Source: a candidate division WOR-3 bacterium
GTDB taxonomy: Bacteria > Hydrothermota > Hydrothermia > LBFQ01
NCBI GenBank assembly: GCA_039802605.1
Contig: JBDRWW010000001.1
Coordinates: forward strand, 160,001-224,000
Length of the DNA stretch: 64,000 bases
Reading direction: 5' to 3'
Of this stretch, positions 1 through 9,029 are shown in pieces. The stretch's first letter is position 1, and the number at the start of each line of letters is the position of its first letter. The notes below the pieces were generated by a model, which searched no databases, was not told where the DNA came from, and worked only from the letters and a program-made list of their open reading frames with translations. Both the position numbers and the translations under genes were made by a program.

Positions 1-1853
1 ACCGCCCTAACCTCTGCCTCCCCTATTTTCCTTTCAACAACCTCGGGTTCTAACTGACCCGAAAGTATTTCCTTTACATCGTCCAAAAGGGAATATATAA
101 CCTTGTGAATCCTTATGGGTACACCCCTATTTTCCGCGGTTTCCCTTGCGGCACTATCAACTTTTGTATTGAAACCGAGTATTATTCCGTTTGATGCTAT
201 GGCAAGTTCCACATCGGCTAAGGTTATATTTCCCACGGCGTAATGTATAACCTCGGGTTCAATCTCTTTAAACTTCATTTTTGATAACGCCTCAACTATG
301 GCTTCAACGGATCCCTGAGTATCCCCTTTTACTATTATTGGGAGTTTTAATTTTTCGCCGGCTTTTAACTTTTCCTGAATCATCCGCGCTATCTTAACAT
401 GTTGTTTTTGTTCAATTTGGTATTTTAATGTTTCCGAATACTCTTCCGCTTTTTCTTTCGCTTCGTTCAAATCCTCAACAACCACCAAAGTATCACCAGC
501 CCTTGGCACCTCCTCAAACCCAACGACCAAAACCGGCATAGATGGAGGGGCTTCTTCTACCTGATTTCCCTTATCGTTCAACATTAGCCTAACCCTACCA
601 TAAGTGGGACCACACCAAAATGCATCGCCAACCCTAAGGGTTCCGCTTCTTACTATAACCGTTCCAACAGGCCCTAAGCCCTTATCTATCTTAGACTCTA
701 TTACCGTAGCCTTTGCCCTACCGCTATAAGGCGCTTTTAGCCCCAACTCCTCGGCTTTTACTATGATGGCATCCAAAAGGTCGTCTATACCTATACCCTT
801 CTTTGCGGAAATTTCAACAACTATTGTATCCCCTCCGTATTCTTCCGGAACCAAATTATACCTCATAAGTTCGTTTTTTACCCTTTGCGGATCGGCTGTT
901 GGTAGGTCTATTTTGTTTATCGCAACTATTATGGGAACCCCGGCGGTCCTGGCATGGTTTATCGCCTCAACGGTTTGGGGCATAACGCCGTCATCGGCGG
1001 CAACCACAAGGACAACTATATCCGTAACCTGCGCACCCCTTGCCCGCAAAGTTGTAAAGGCCTCATGGCCAGGGGTATCTATAAATGTAATGGTATAATC
1101 CCCATGCCTAACCTGATACGCCCCGATGTGCTGGGTAATCCCGCCAGCCTCCTGCTGGGCAACATTTGTATTCCTTATAGTATCAAGTAGGGTGGTTTTC
1201 CCGTGGTCTACATGACCCATAACGGTTACGATAGGCGGCCTGGGTCTAACATCTCCCCCATCCTCAGGTGTTTCTTCAACAACTTCTTCGGCTGTTTCCG
1301 ATAGTTCCACTTCAATACCGAATTCAGAAGCCAAACCTATGATGGTTTCAACATCCAAAACCTGGTTGATGGTTATAAGTATCCCATTTTCAAAAGCTTT
1401 CTGTATAACCTCTTCTGGGGTTTTACCCAAGGCCTCGGCAAATTCTTTAACAGTCATAGACCCGGTAATTGTTATCTTTTCTACGGTTGATGTAAGTTTT
1501 GTTTCCTTCTTTTTGGGTTTCGTTATACTCTTTGATACCTTTTTCACCACTTTGGGTTCCCTATCCTCAAATTTTTCCTCCCTATCCCTTCTATCCCTTT
1601 TAACTTTACGGGAAGGTTTCGGAGGGGCCTGGTATATTTCCTTCTTTACTTTTAATTCCTGCCCTATACTCTCCATATGCTTGCTTAATTCCCTACGGAC
1701 TACATCCTCCATATCCTTGTTCATCTTGTGGGAATCGCTGCGAACATGTTTGTACCCGTTGTTTCTAAGGATGTTTATAATTATCTTTGGATCCACACCT
1801 ATCTCCTTGGCAAACTCCTTAATCGGTACAGGTCCTTTTTTAGGTTTAGACAT
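1..1853 (-). CDS. infB: Translation initiation factor IF-2 (3' end runs off the window)
   Basis: Not in the ORF track. Manual translation from ATG 1853 gives [19 protein letters not shown]...[20 protein letters not shown]...[12 protein letters not shown]...[10 protein letters not shown]...AINKID. Overlaps the nusA stop. Confidence 0.98.
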   Translation of the reverse strand, partial: MSKPKKGPVPIKEFAKEIGVDPKIIINILRNNGYKHVRSDSHKMNKDMEDVVRRELSKHMESIGQELKVKKEIYQAPPKPSRKVKRDRRDREEKFEDREPKVVKKVSKSITKPKKKETKLTSTVEKITITGSMTVKEFAEALGKTPEEVIQKAFENGILITINQVLDVETIIGLASEFGIEVELSETAEEVVEETPEDGGDVRPRPPIVTVMGHVDHGKTTLLDTIRNTNVAQQEAGGITQHIGAYQVRHGDYTITFIDTPGHEAFTTLRARGAQVTDIVVLVVAADDGVMPQTVEAINHARTAGVPIIVAINKIDLPTADPQRVKNELMRYNLVPEEYGGDTIVVEISAKKGIGIDDLLDAIIVKAEELGLKAPYSGRAKATVIESKIDKGLGPVGTVIVRSGTLRVGDAFWCGPTYGRVRLMLNDKGNQVEEAPPSMPVLVVGFEEVPRAGDTLVVVEDLNEAKEKAEEYSETLKYQIEQKQHVKIARMIQEKLKAGEKLKLPIIVKGDTQGSVEAIVEALSKMKFKEIEPEVIHYAVGNITLADVELAIASNGIILGFNTKVDSAARETAENRGVPIRIHKVIYSLLDDVKEILSGQLEPEVVERKIGEAEVRA

Positions 1854-3312
1854 GTTCCTCCCCCTTTTCCTTTAAAGCGTCTTCTATGATTTCCAAAATC
1901 CTTATTGTTGTTGCCTCGTCTGTGCCCAACAACCTTTGCATATAGGCCAGAGGTATCAATCTCTTGAAATATACAAGTGTGGCCTCTTTTAGTTTTTCAT
2001 ATATTTCCGAGGCAAGTTTGTCTTTAAGTTCATATAAGGTAACTCCCATTTCCGGAGGTGTGAATTCACTTATGTGTAAAGCGTTTATCTTTTTACCCAC
2101 AAGCCTTGAAGCGAGTTTTATGTTTATGCCGTCCTTACCCTTTGCCTTCAAAACCTCTTCATCATCCTCGTAATACACATTTATTTCCTCTTTAAGTTCG
2201 CCATCAACCCTTTCCTTTTTCTCGTATGCCGCCACCGCCCCCTTTGCGGGCTGAAGGGAAAGTATGGCAAACCTAACAATATCGCTGTCGTAAGGTATAA
2301 CATCTATTATTTCTTCTTTGGGCATTTTACTCTTTATGGCATAAAGTCTCGTTCCCCTTGGACCGAGGATCGTGGTAACCGGGGAAACGAAGGGATCCCT
2401 TGACTTAACGGCTATCTTTGTCATAACGCCCGCCTCCCTTGCTATGGAAACTATTTGTACCGTACCATCCTGAAGTTCGGGTATTGACCTTTCAAGCAAC
2501 GCTTGAACAAACCTCGGATCCGAACGGGAGAGGAGGAGGGGATACGAAGCCCTATCCTCCACATTCAATACCACCGCTTCTATATCCTGCCCAGGCTTAT
2601 AAACTTCGCTTTCGACCATACCCTCCTTTGGTATCCTTCCCTCTACACCCAATTCGGGAATACCGACCAAAACACCCATCTTTTTATCAACCTTTTGTAC
2701 TTTTCCCGTTATAATCTTGTTAATGTATGCCTGCAACCTTGGGAGTTTTGCCTTTAAGATCTCGTTCTTTATCCTGTAAAGGAATTTTTCCTTTAACCTT
2801 TGGACATCGTAATGCGAAAACTTTTCCGGTGTAATAATCTCCTCGTAGCCGATTTCTTTAACTTTGAACAAATCTTGGTTCTGCTCCACAACTTCCCCAC
2901 CCCTTCCATAAACCTTTTCTATCTTTGCGATTTTCCCACTTACATTAAACTTTATTTCAAGATCTTTTCCGTTATCGGTTATAATTCCAATAACATCGCC
3001 GAATTTAACCTCCTCATCTACCTCTTTTTTGGGCTTGAATATACCCTTTATTGGGGCTTTTATATAGAAAACTTCACCTTTTTCAGCCGATATATCCTCA
3101 TTAACAAACTCTACCCTAACCAATATTTTACCCCTACTTAAATCCACCTCGGGTTTTATGCTTCTTGGCTTTGGGTGCGAATATTTATACTTTTCGGAAA
3201 AAACATCCTTTAAAGCGCTTACGAGTGCCTTTTCAACCGTCTCGGGATCAATTTTATGCTCATGGGCAAACGCTTCAAGTGCAAGCCTTAGTTCATCTAC
3301 CCTTATGGCCAT
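1846..3312 (-). CDS. nusA: Transcription factor NusA, divergent, with an inserted domain
   Basis: S1 domain ending LLLSRSDPRFV, IPELQDG, IAREAG, two KH GxxG loops (GPRG, GKDG); lies between rimP and infB; SD GGAGGT upstream. Confidence 0.93.
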   Translation of the reverse strand: MAIRVDELRLALEAFAHEHKIDPETVEKALVSALKDVFSEKYKYSHPKPRSIKPEVDLSRGKILVRVEFVNEDISAEKGEVFYIKAPIKGIFKPKKEVDEEVKFGDVIGIITDNGKDLEIKFNVSGKIAKIEKVYGRGGEVVEQNQDLFKVKEIGYEEIITPEKFSHYDVQRLKEKFLYRIKNEILKAKLPRLQAYINKIITGKVQKVDKKMGVLVGIPELGVEGRIPKEGMVESEVYKPGQDIEAVVLNVEDRASYPLLLSRSDPRFVQALLERSIPELQDGTVQIVSIAREAGVMTKIAVKSRDPFVSPVTTILGPRGTRLYAIKSKMPKEEIIDVIPYDSDIVRFAILSLQPAKGAVAAYEKKERVDGELKEEINVYYEDDEEVLKAKGKDGINIKLASRLVGKKINALHISEFTPPEMGVTLYELKDKLASEIYEKLKEATLVYFKRLIPLAYMQRLLGTDEATTIRILEIIEDALKEKGEEHV

Positions 3313-3315
3313 TTT

Positions 3316-3765
3316 TTACCTCCTTTCGTTATCCAATTGTAAAACCGCAACTTCTTCAAGGTTATAAAAATTGTCATCAACACCTATTGTTTTTTCTTCC
3401 TCGTTAAAGTAATTTAAAACCCCCTTTACGGTCTCACCGGTTTTTAGCACGACCTTTACCCTTCTCCTTAAAGCCCAATTTATTTCCCTCGGTTTAACGA
3501 GTTTTCTATTTATACCGGGTGATGATACCTCCAATGTGTATGGAACATCTATAAAATCCTCGGCATCGAGCATATCGGAAAAAGCCCTTGAAAACCTCTC
3601 GCAATCCTTTATAGTTATGCCATTTTCCTTGTCTATATAAACCCTCAAATAACCCCTCTTACCGCCAAAACTCCACTCTGTATCCACCAAATAATATCCC
3701 AACCTCTTTGCCAACTTCTCAGCCAACTCCTCGGCCCTTTTTTGTATGTACTCCTCCCACCTCAT
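3316..3765 (-). CDS. rimP: Ribosome maturation factor RimP
   Basis: LRVYIDKENGITIKDCERFSR and YTLEVSSPGINRKL motifs; start moved to ATG 3765 (MRWEEY). Confidence 0.95.
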   Translation of the reverse strand: MRWEEYIQKRAEELAEKLAKRLGYYLVDTEWSFGGKRGYLRVYIDKENGITIKDCERFSRAFSDMLDAEDFIDVPYTLEVSSPGINRKLVKPREINWALRRRVKVVLKTGETVKGVLNYFNEEEKTIGVDDNFYNLEEVAVLQLDNERR

Positions 3766-3796
3766 AATCGTAAGTTGGTATTTTACGGCTGAAATA

Positions 3797-4666
3797 TTAT
3801 TTCTTTGAAAGTAAATCGTCCAAGGCCAAATCAATCGTTGGATACTTAAATACGAAACCTTCATCTATTAGCCTTTTGGGTATAACCCTTTGCCCCTCCA
3901 ATATTAAGTAATCCGCCACCTCACCCATTACAATTTTCAAAGCAAATGGGGGGATATGGAAAATGAGGTGTCTTTTCATCTTTTTTGCCAAAATCCTTGA
4001 AAACCCCTCGTTTGTTATAGGATTTGGGGAAACAACATTGTATATACCGGTTTTTTCATTTAAAATGAGGTATTCAACAATACTACACAAATCTTCTATA
4101 TGTATCCAACTCATCCATTGTTTCCCATCCCCTATTATTCCACCGACAAAAAATTTAAACGGTAAAACCATAAGTTTAAATGCTTTTGCATCTTTTGAAA
4201 GAACTACACCAAACCTAGTTATAACCCTCTTTATTCCCAAATCCTCTATTTCCCTTGTTGAATCTTCCCAATTCCTAACAACTTGCGTTAAAAAGTCTTC
4301 CTTTAAAGGTTGAGATTCTTCGGTGAATTCCGTATTTCTATCCCTACCGTAAAAACCAACTGCGGATGCCTGAACAAAGAGTTTTAACCTTTTGCCGGAT
4401 TTTTTAATCTCATCAACCAAAACCCTACCGGTATTCACCCTTGATTCCAAAATATTACGCTTAACCCTTTCATTCCACCTTTTTGATATGTTTTCACCCG
4501 CAAGGTTAACGATAACATCCCCATCGCTTATGTGTTTGTGGAGTTCATCGTATGTTAAACCCTTACCTTTAAACCTTGAAACCAATATTACATCGTAATC
4601 TTTTGAAAGGTAAGCCTTTAAATGCCTACCGATAAGCCCACTGCCACCAGCTATAAAAATTTTCAT
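3797..4666 (-). CDS. TIGR01777/YfcH-like NAD-dependent epimerase
   Basis: GGSGLIG Rossmann motif, NLAGENI..RW, ASAVGFYG, GDGKQWMSWIHIED. Confidence 0.9.
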   Translation of the reverse strand: MKIFIAGGSGLIGRHLKAYLSKDYDVILVSRFKGKGLTYDELHKHISDGDVIVNLAGENISKRWNERVKRNILESRVNTGRVLVDEIKKSGKRLKLFVQASAVGFYGRDRNTEFTEESQPLKEDFLTQVVRNWEDSTREIEDLGIKRVITRFGVVLSKDAKAFKLMVLPFKFFVGGIIGDGKQWMSWIHIEDLCSIVEYLILNEKTGIYNVVSPNPITNEGFSRILAKKMKRHLIFHIPPFALKIVMGEVADYLILEGQRVIPKRLIDEGFVFKYPTIDLALDDLLSKK

Positions 4667-4670
4667 CCAA

Positions 4671-4694
4671 AAATTATAAACCGGTTTATAATTT
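4671..4694. promoter_or_regulatory. Perfect 24-bp palindrome forming two back-to-back TATAAT -10 boxes
   Basis: AAATTATAAACCGGTTTATAATTT; each TATAAT lies 6 nt from an ATG (4666 minus, 4699 plus). Confidence 0.8.
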
Positions 4695-4698
4695 CTAT

Positions 4699-5092
4699 AT
4701 GCGGAAGGTTGTTTTTATTCTTGCCGCGGTTTTATTTATTACAAAATGCGCTAGTACGCCTATACCCTACGACACGGCGAGGATAGATGACAGTAAAGCA
4801 TTCGCAGGTGTATCCTTACAGAGTATGGATGTTCAAAACTATGAGTGCGATCTTTGGGGATGCAGTACGACATATTATGAAATTACCTTTATCAGGGGGT
4901 AATCCGGAGGTTTTAACACTCGGTATAAGTCTTAATTCTAACCTCCTGGATGCCTTTGCCTCCCCCTTTGCATCATTACACTTGCGGGACTTCACTTTTT
5001 CAATCCTTTACGGATATGGCCCTCAAATAGACCGTCCAGATAAAGGATATATCTCGACTTTTCATTTAGGCGTAGCAAAAAAGTTCAAATAA
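4699..5092 (+). pseudogene. Split putative lipoprotein / outer-membrane protein
   Basis: Lipoprotein-like signal MRKVVFILAAVLFITKC, stop at 4902 just after a G5 run; the +1 frame continues with beta-strand-like sequence ending FHLGVAKKFK. Confidence 0.45.
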
Positions 5093-5118
5093 ATCCTACA
5101 TCCTTAAAATTCACGCTT

Positions 5119-5355
5119 ATGTTTGAGGAGATGGGTAGGTTTATAGTTTTAATGGGGGTAATATTGGTTTTTATTGGACTGATTTTTATGGCCTTTGAGA
5201 AGTTTTCAATACCCCAAAATCCCCTTGACTTCCACTTTAAATGGAAGGGTATAGATATTTATTTCCCCTTGGGAACATCCATTCTAATATCCATAGGACT
5301 TACGCTTTTGCTTAACCTTGTGATATGGCTTTTTATATGGCTTACGAAAAGGTAA
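5119..5355 (+). CDS. Small membrane protein, DUF2905-like
   Basis: Two TM helices around PLDFHF..IYFPLGTSILIS. Confidence 0.75.
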   Translation: MFEEMGRFIVLMGVILVFIGLIFMAFEKFSIPQNPLDFHFKWKGIDIYFPLGTSILISIGLTLLLNLVIWLFIWLTKR

Positions 5356-5783
5356 TAACCGAAAACAAAAAGGCTTATCACGATTACGAGATAGAGGAAA
5401 CCTTTGAAGCGGGTATAGTTTTGGAGGGAAGTGAGGTTAAATCCGTAAAAATGGGAAAGGTTAGTATATCCGAAGCGTTTATACATCCAAAGGATGGCGA
5501 ATTATTCATATACAACATGCACATAGCACCTTATACAAAATCCAATGTTTTCACCCCAGATCCCAAAAGGCCGAGAAAATTGCTTTTACACAGAAGGGAG
5601 ATAGATAAAATAATAGGTAGGATAACCATAAGGGGATATACCGCCATACCCCTAAAAGTAATAGTTAAAAGGGGATGGGTTAAGGTTATTATAGCATTGG
5701 CAAAGGGTAGAAAGAAATACGAAAAGAAAGAACTTATTAAGCAAAGGGATATAGAAAGGGCTATGAGAAGGGGTGAATATTAA
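5337..5783 (+). CDS. smpB: SsrA-binding protein SmpB
   Basis: NKKAYHDY, EAGIVLEGSEVKS, RKLLLHRREI, KGRKKYEK; exact start (5325 or 5337) uncertain. Confidence 0.97.
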   Translation: MAYEKVITENKKAYHDYEIEETFEAGIVLEGSEVKSVKMGKVSISEAFIHPKDGELFIYNMHIAPYTKSNVFTPDPKRPRKLLLHRREIDKIIGRITIRGYTAIPLKVIVKRGWVKVIIALAKGRKKYEKKELIKQRDIERAMRRGEY

Positions 5784-5805
5784 ACCGCTATAAAATCCCA
5801 AGAAT

Positions 5806-6285
5806 ATGAAGAAATTGTGGGCTCCTTGGAGGTTTAAGTTCATCTTACATGTGGATAAAAGCGAATGTATATTTTGCACAAAGCCAAAAGAAGAAGACGA
5901 TAAGGCTTATATACTATTCAGGGGAAAGCACAACTTTGTTATATTGAACATATTCCCCTATAACTCCGGGCATGTGATGATAGCCCCGTATTCCCACAAA
6001 TCAACGCCCGAACTTTTAAGCGAAGAAGAATATAATGAAATGTTCAAATTATTACAGGTTTCCATAACGAATATCAAAAGGGCTTATAATCCCGACGGTT
6101 TTAACATAGGGTTTAACATAGGGAGGGTTGCCGGTGCGGGGTATGAAGGTCATATACACCTTCACATAGTCCCTAGGTGGAACGGGGATACAAACTTTAT
6201 GCCCATAATAGGGGATGTAAAGGTAATATCTCAGGGAATAGAGGAAACATATAAAACCCTAAAACCCCTTTTTGAGCGGCTTTAA
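5806..6285 (+). CDS. HIT-family hydrolase (Ap4A phosphorylase/Fhit-like)
   Basis: LWAPWR, CIFC, PYNSGH, HIHLHIVPRWNGDTNFMP. Confidence 0.92.
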   Translation: MKKLWAPWRFKFILHVDKSECIFCTKPKEEDDKAYILFRGKHNFVILNIFPYNSGHVMIAPYSHKSTPELLSEEEYNEMFKLLQVSITNIKRAYNPDGFNIGFNIGRVAGAGYEGHIHLHIVPRWNGDTNFMPIIGDVKVISQGIEETYKTLKPLFERL

Positions 6286-6296
6286 AATATATAGTT

Positions 6297-6941
6297 ATGC
6301 GAATAAAGGTTTTGGGTATTAACGGTTCTGCGAGGAGAAACGGTTGGACGGCAAAGTTTTTAAAGAGGGCTTTAATATTTTCCCAAAGGGCGGGTGCGGA
6401 AATTAAGTTAATAAACCTAGTTGATTACCCAATGAACTATTGTGCCGGTAATTACAGTGAACACCCGGCATTATGTCATTTGGAGAATTGCATTAAGGAT
6501 AAAATTGGGGATGCATTTGGTTCTTTGGTATGGGATATTTTGGAATCGGAGGCCATAATCTTTGCATCTCCCGTATATTGGTATTCCCCATCCGCACTTT
6601 TAAAAACATTAATAGAAAGATTGACATCCTTAGAGAACCAGAACGAGTTTATGCTTAGGGGTAAGGTTGCGGGTGTAATAGTTATCGCTGAAGAGGATGG
6701 GGGTATGCAGGTGGGTTCGCAAATCCTATCCGCACTAACCCAAATGGGTTTTATAATTCCCCCCTTGGGTGTGGTATACGCGCATAGGTTGTGGAGGGGG
6801 GATAGGATACACGAGGCGCTGGAGGATGCCGCAATGTTGGGGGTTAATGTGGTTAAACTCGCGGAAATGGTATCAAAACAGGATTGGGATTGGATAGAGG
6901 GTTGGAGGAAGTTCGCAAAGTCAAAAATCAAACGGTCTTGA
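6297..6941 (+). CDS. Flavodoxin-fold NADPH-dependent FMN reductase / iron-sulfur flavoprotein-like
   Basis: GINGSARRNGWT, ASPVYWYS, Cys cluster CAGNYS..C...C. Confidence 0.85.
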   Translation: MRIKVLGINGSARRNGWTAKFLKRALIFSQRAGAEIKLINLVDYPMNYCAGNYSEHPALCHLENCIKDKIGDAFGSLVWDILESEAIIFASPVYWYSPSALLKTLIERLTSLENQNEFMLRGKVAGVIVIAEEDGGMQVGSQILSALTQMGFIIPPLGVVYAHRLWRGDRIHEALEDAAMLGVNVVKLAEMVSKQDWDWIEGWRKFAKSKIKRS

Positions 6942-7552
6942 AGGTAAAGATCGCGCCTTCAATAATAGCGGCAAATTGGGTTGATATATATTCCGATGTT
7001 GAGAGGGCAAAAAGGGGAGATTTTATACATGTTGATATAATGGATGGGCATTTCGTTCCGAATCTAACATTGGGCCCGGATATAGCAAAGGCGATCCATA
7101 AATTGAGTAATAAGCCCTTGGATATACATTTAATGCTTGAAAGGCCGGATAAATATATAGAACGGTTTGTATTTGAAGGGGTTTTTAGAATAACTTTTCA
7201 TTACGAGAGTTATGCGATATTGACGCAAACAATAAACACTATAAAGGATTTCGGATTAAAGGTTGGTATAGCCATATCCCCTGATACTCCTGTAAATAGG
7301 ATTATAAAGGTTTTGCCGGAAATAGATCAGGTATTGGTTATGACGGTTTATCCGGGATTTTCCGGCCAGAAACTCTTAGAGTGGGTTATATCAAAAATAT
7401 ACGAACTGGACGATTTGAGGAAAAAATACGGTTTAGAATTTACAATAACCGCGGATGGGGGTATAAATTACACAAATCTGGAAAAATTGGGACCAGTTGA
7501 TGAAGTGATAATGGGGGCGGGGTTTTTCACCCCACCCCAAAGGGTTATTTGA
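6938..7552 (+). CDS. rpe: Ribulose-phosphate 3-epimerase
   Basis: IAPSI, HVDIMDGHFVPNLTLG, DIHLM, MTVYPGFSGQ, DGGI; TTG 6938 overlaps the upstream TGA. Confidence 0.95.
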   Translation: MKVKIAPSIIAANWVDIYSDVERAKRGDFIHVDIMDGHFVPNLTLGPDIAKAIHKLSNKPLDIHLMLERPDKYIERFVFEGVFRITFHYESYAILTQTINTIKDFGLKVGIAISPDTPVNRIIKVLPEIDQVLVMTVYPGFSGQKLLEWVISKIYELDDLRKKYGLEFTITADGGINYTNLEKLGPVDEVIMGAGFFTPPQRVI

Positions 7553-7982
7553 TCGGTATTTCCTTGGCTTTGGCCTTTTCAGTTTTGGGTATTTCTATGG
7601 TTAAAACCCCGTTTTCCAACTTCGCGGATATCTTATCGGGCTCCACATTGGAAGGCAATTGTATAGATCTTTGGAAAGAACCGTATAGGATTTCCCTCCT
7701 GTAATATTGGGCTTCCCTCTCCTCCTTTTCCTCTTTCCTCTCGCCCGATATGGTTAGGACATTATCAGAGACTTCAAGTTTTAGGTCTTCCTTTTTGACA
7801 CCCGGAACATCCACTTTGAGGATGTACTTATCGGGGAGTTCCTTTACCTCTATGGCCGGAGCCCAAGCGAATTCCCTATCAAGCCTCCTCTCGCTTATAA
7901 ATGCATCAAACAGCCTCTCCATCTCCCTCCTCAAATTCTCCAATTCCTTAAAAGGATCCCAGCGAACGATTTCCCTTGCCAT
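7545..7982 (-). CDS. Small heat-shock protein Hsp20
   Basis: WDPF, DVPGVKKEDL, LTISGER, YGSFQRSIQLP, LENGVL, terminal IPI; SD AAGGAGGTG. Confidence 0.96.
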   Translation of the reverse strand: MAREIVRWDPFKELENLRREMERLFDAFISERRLDREFAWAPAIEVKELPDKYILKVDVPGVKKEDLKLEVSDNVLTISGERKEEKEEREAQYYRREILYGSFQRSIQLPSNVEPDKISAKLENGVLTIEIPKTEKAKAKEIPIK

Positions 7983-8018
7983 GGCTTCACCTCCTTTTTA
8001 ACTTATGTTAACCACTCA

Positions 8019-8047
8019 ATTATGCCACAAAATTATTGCTTTGTCAA
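8019..8047 (-). promoter_or_regulatory. Sigma70 promoter of hsp20
   Basis: TTGACA-17 nt-CATAAT with an extended TG on the minus strand. Confidence 0.8.
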
Positions 8048-8064
8048 GTATGCGTTTTAACTTC

Positions 8065-8093
8065 TTGACTACAAAAATTTCCAACCTTAAAAT
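8065..8093 (+). promoter_or_regulatory. Sigma70 promoter, near-leaderless, for ORF 8103
   Basis: TTGACT-17 nt-TAAAAT, 9 nt before the ATG. Confidence 0.75.
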
Positions 8094-8102
8094 TTTCGGC
8101 GT

Positions 8103-8870
8103 ATGATGTGGATAGTATTACTTTCGCAAAAGCCGGCCGTAGAGCCAATAGGGGTAAAAGATAGCACGGTGAAGGATGTGTATGACAAGGGGGAGATAGA
8201 CTGGACGCATGGGTTCATAAGGGCAAAGGGATACGGGTTCATAGACCCCAATAAACCCAAAGGTCAGGCCAAACTCCTTGCGGAAAGGGCCGCGGTTGTG
8301 GATGCCCGGAGGAATCTACTGGAAATCGTTAAGGGTGTTCATATAACCTCCGAGACGGTGGTTGAGGATTATATGGTTTCCAGCGATATAGTCGTTCAGA
8401 GGGTTGAGGGTCTGGTTAAAGACGCCAAGGTAATCGGAAAACCGAAGTACTATGAAGATGGAAGGGTTGAAGTTTGGGTTGAGATGAAACTGGATAACTT
8501 GGCCAAGACATTGCCCACAAAACCTTCCGTTAGCGAACCCCAAGAGAAACCCGAAGAAGGCGGTGTTATAATAAAAACCCCTGAGGGTACCAAGGCTTGC
8601 ATGTATCCAAGGATTCTTGATGAAAACGGCAATGTTTTGTTTGATGCTTCCCAATACCCGGAGGCAAAGGATATGTGGAGTAAGGCTATAAAATATGTGA
8701 AGGGTAAGGTTTCAACTCTACCCGGAGGTTCCATGGTTATAGAAGCATCGGAAACCAAAGGGTGTGATATAATCGTTAAAAAGGAGGATTTGGATAAGGT
8801 GAGCAAACTCAAAAAGTGGGGTTCATACATCCTCAAAGCCGGAAAGCTCATCATCAACCTTGTAATGTGA
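8103..8870 (+). CDS. LPP20-like exported protein
   Basis: GEIDWTHG.IRAKGYG and AERAAVVDARRNLLEIVKGV..SETVV; very short hydrophobic N-terminus; no lipobox Cys. Confidence 0.65.
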   Translation: MMWIVLLSQKPAVEPIGVKDSTVKDVYDKGEIDWTHGFIRAKGYGFIDPNKPKGQAKLLAERAAVVDARRNLLEIVKGVHITSETVVEDYMVSSDIVVQRVEGLVKDAKVIGKPKYYEDGRVEVWVEMKLDNLAKTLPTKPSVSEPQEKPEEGGVIIKTPEGTKACMYPRILDENGNVLFDASQYPEAKDMWSKAIKYVKGKVSTLPGGSMVIEASETKGCDIIVKKEDLDKVSKLKKWGSYILKAGKLIINLVM

Positions 8871-8890
8871 TACTATATAAACATCCATAT

Positions 8891-8917
8891 GGCCCCCATC
8901 TCTGGGGGCTTATTTTT
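8891..8917 (+). terminator. Rho-independent terminator
   Basis: GGCCCCC-ATCTCT-GGGGGCT followed by TATTTTT. Confidence 0.8.
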
Positions 8918-9011
8918 GTTAATTGTGAAAAGATTGACGCATCTTTATAACATCGTAAGGGGGTGTATAAAATGCTAACCAAACCCACAAACCTATTTCC
9001 ACCAGGTTATA

Positions 9012-9029
9012 AAACCCTTTCAAGGGTTT
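9012..9029 (-). terminator. Hairpin at the mutS 3' end
   Basis: AAACCCTT-TC-AAGGGTTT inverted repeat. Confidence 0.45.

Noticed and set aside
763..3407. Plus-strand ORFs over infB and nusA, and similar antisense ORFs across the window
   Set aside because: They are shadows of well-supported genes on the opposite strand, with no motifs or start signals.
8005..8070. CIRCE or HAIR heat-shock operator at hsp20
   Set aside because: Only a half-site-like GAGTGGTTAA is present; the GTCAAG/CTTGAC dyad is explained by the two divergent -35 boxes.
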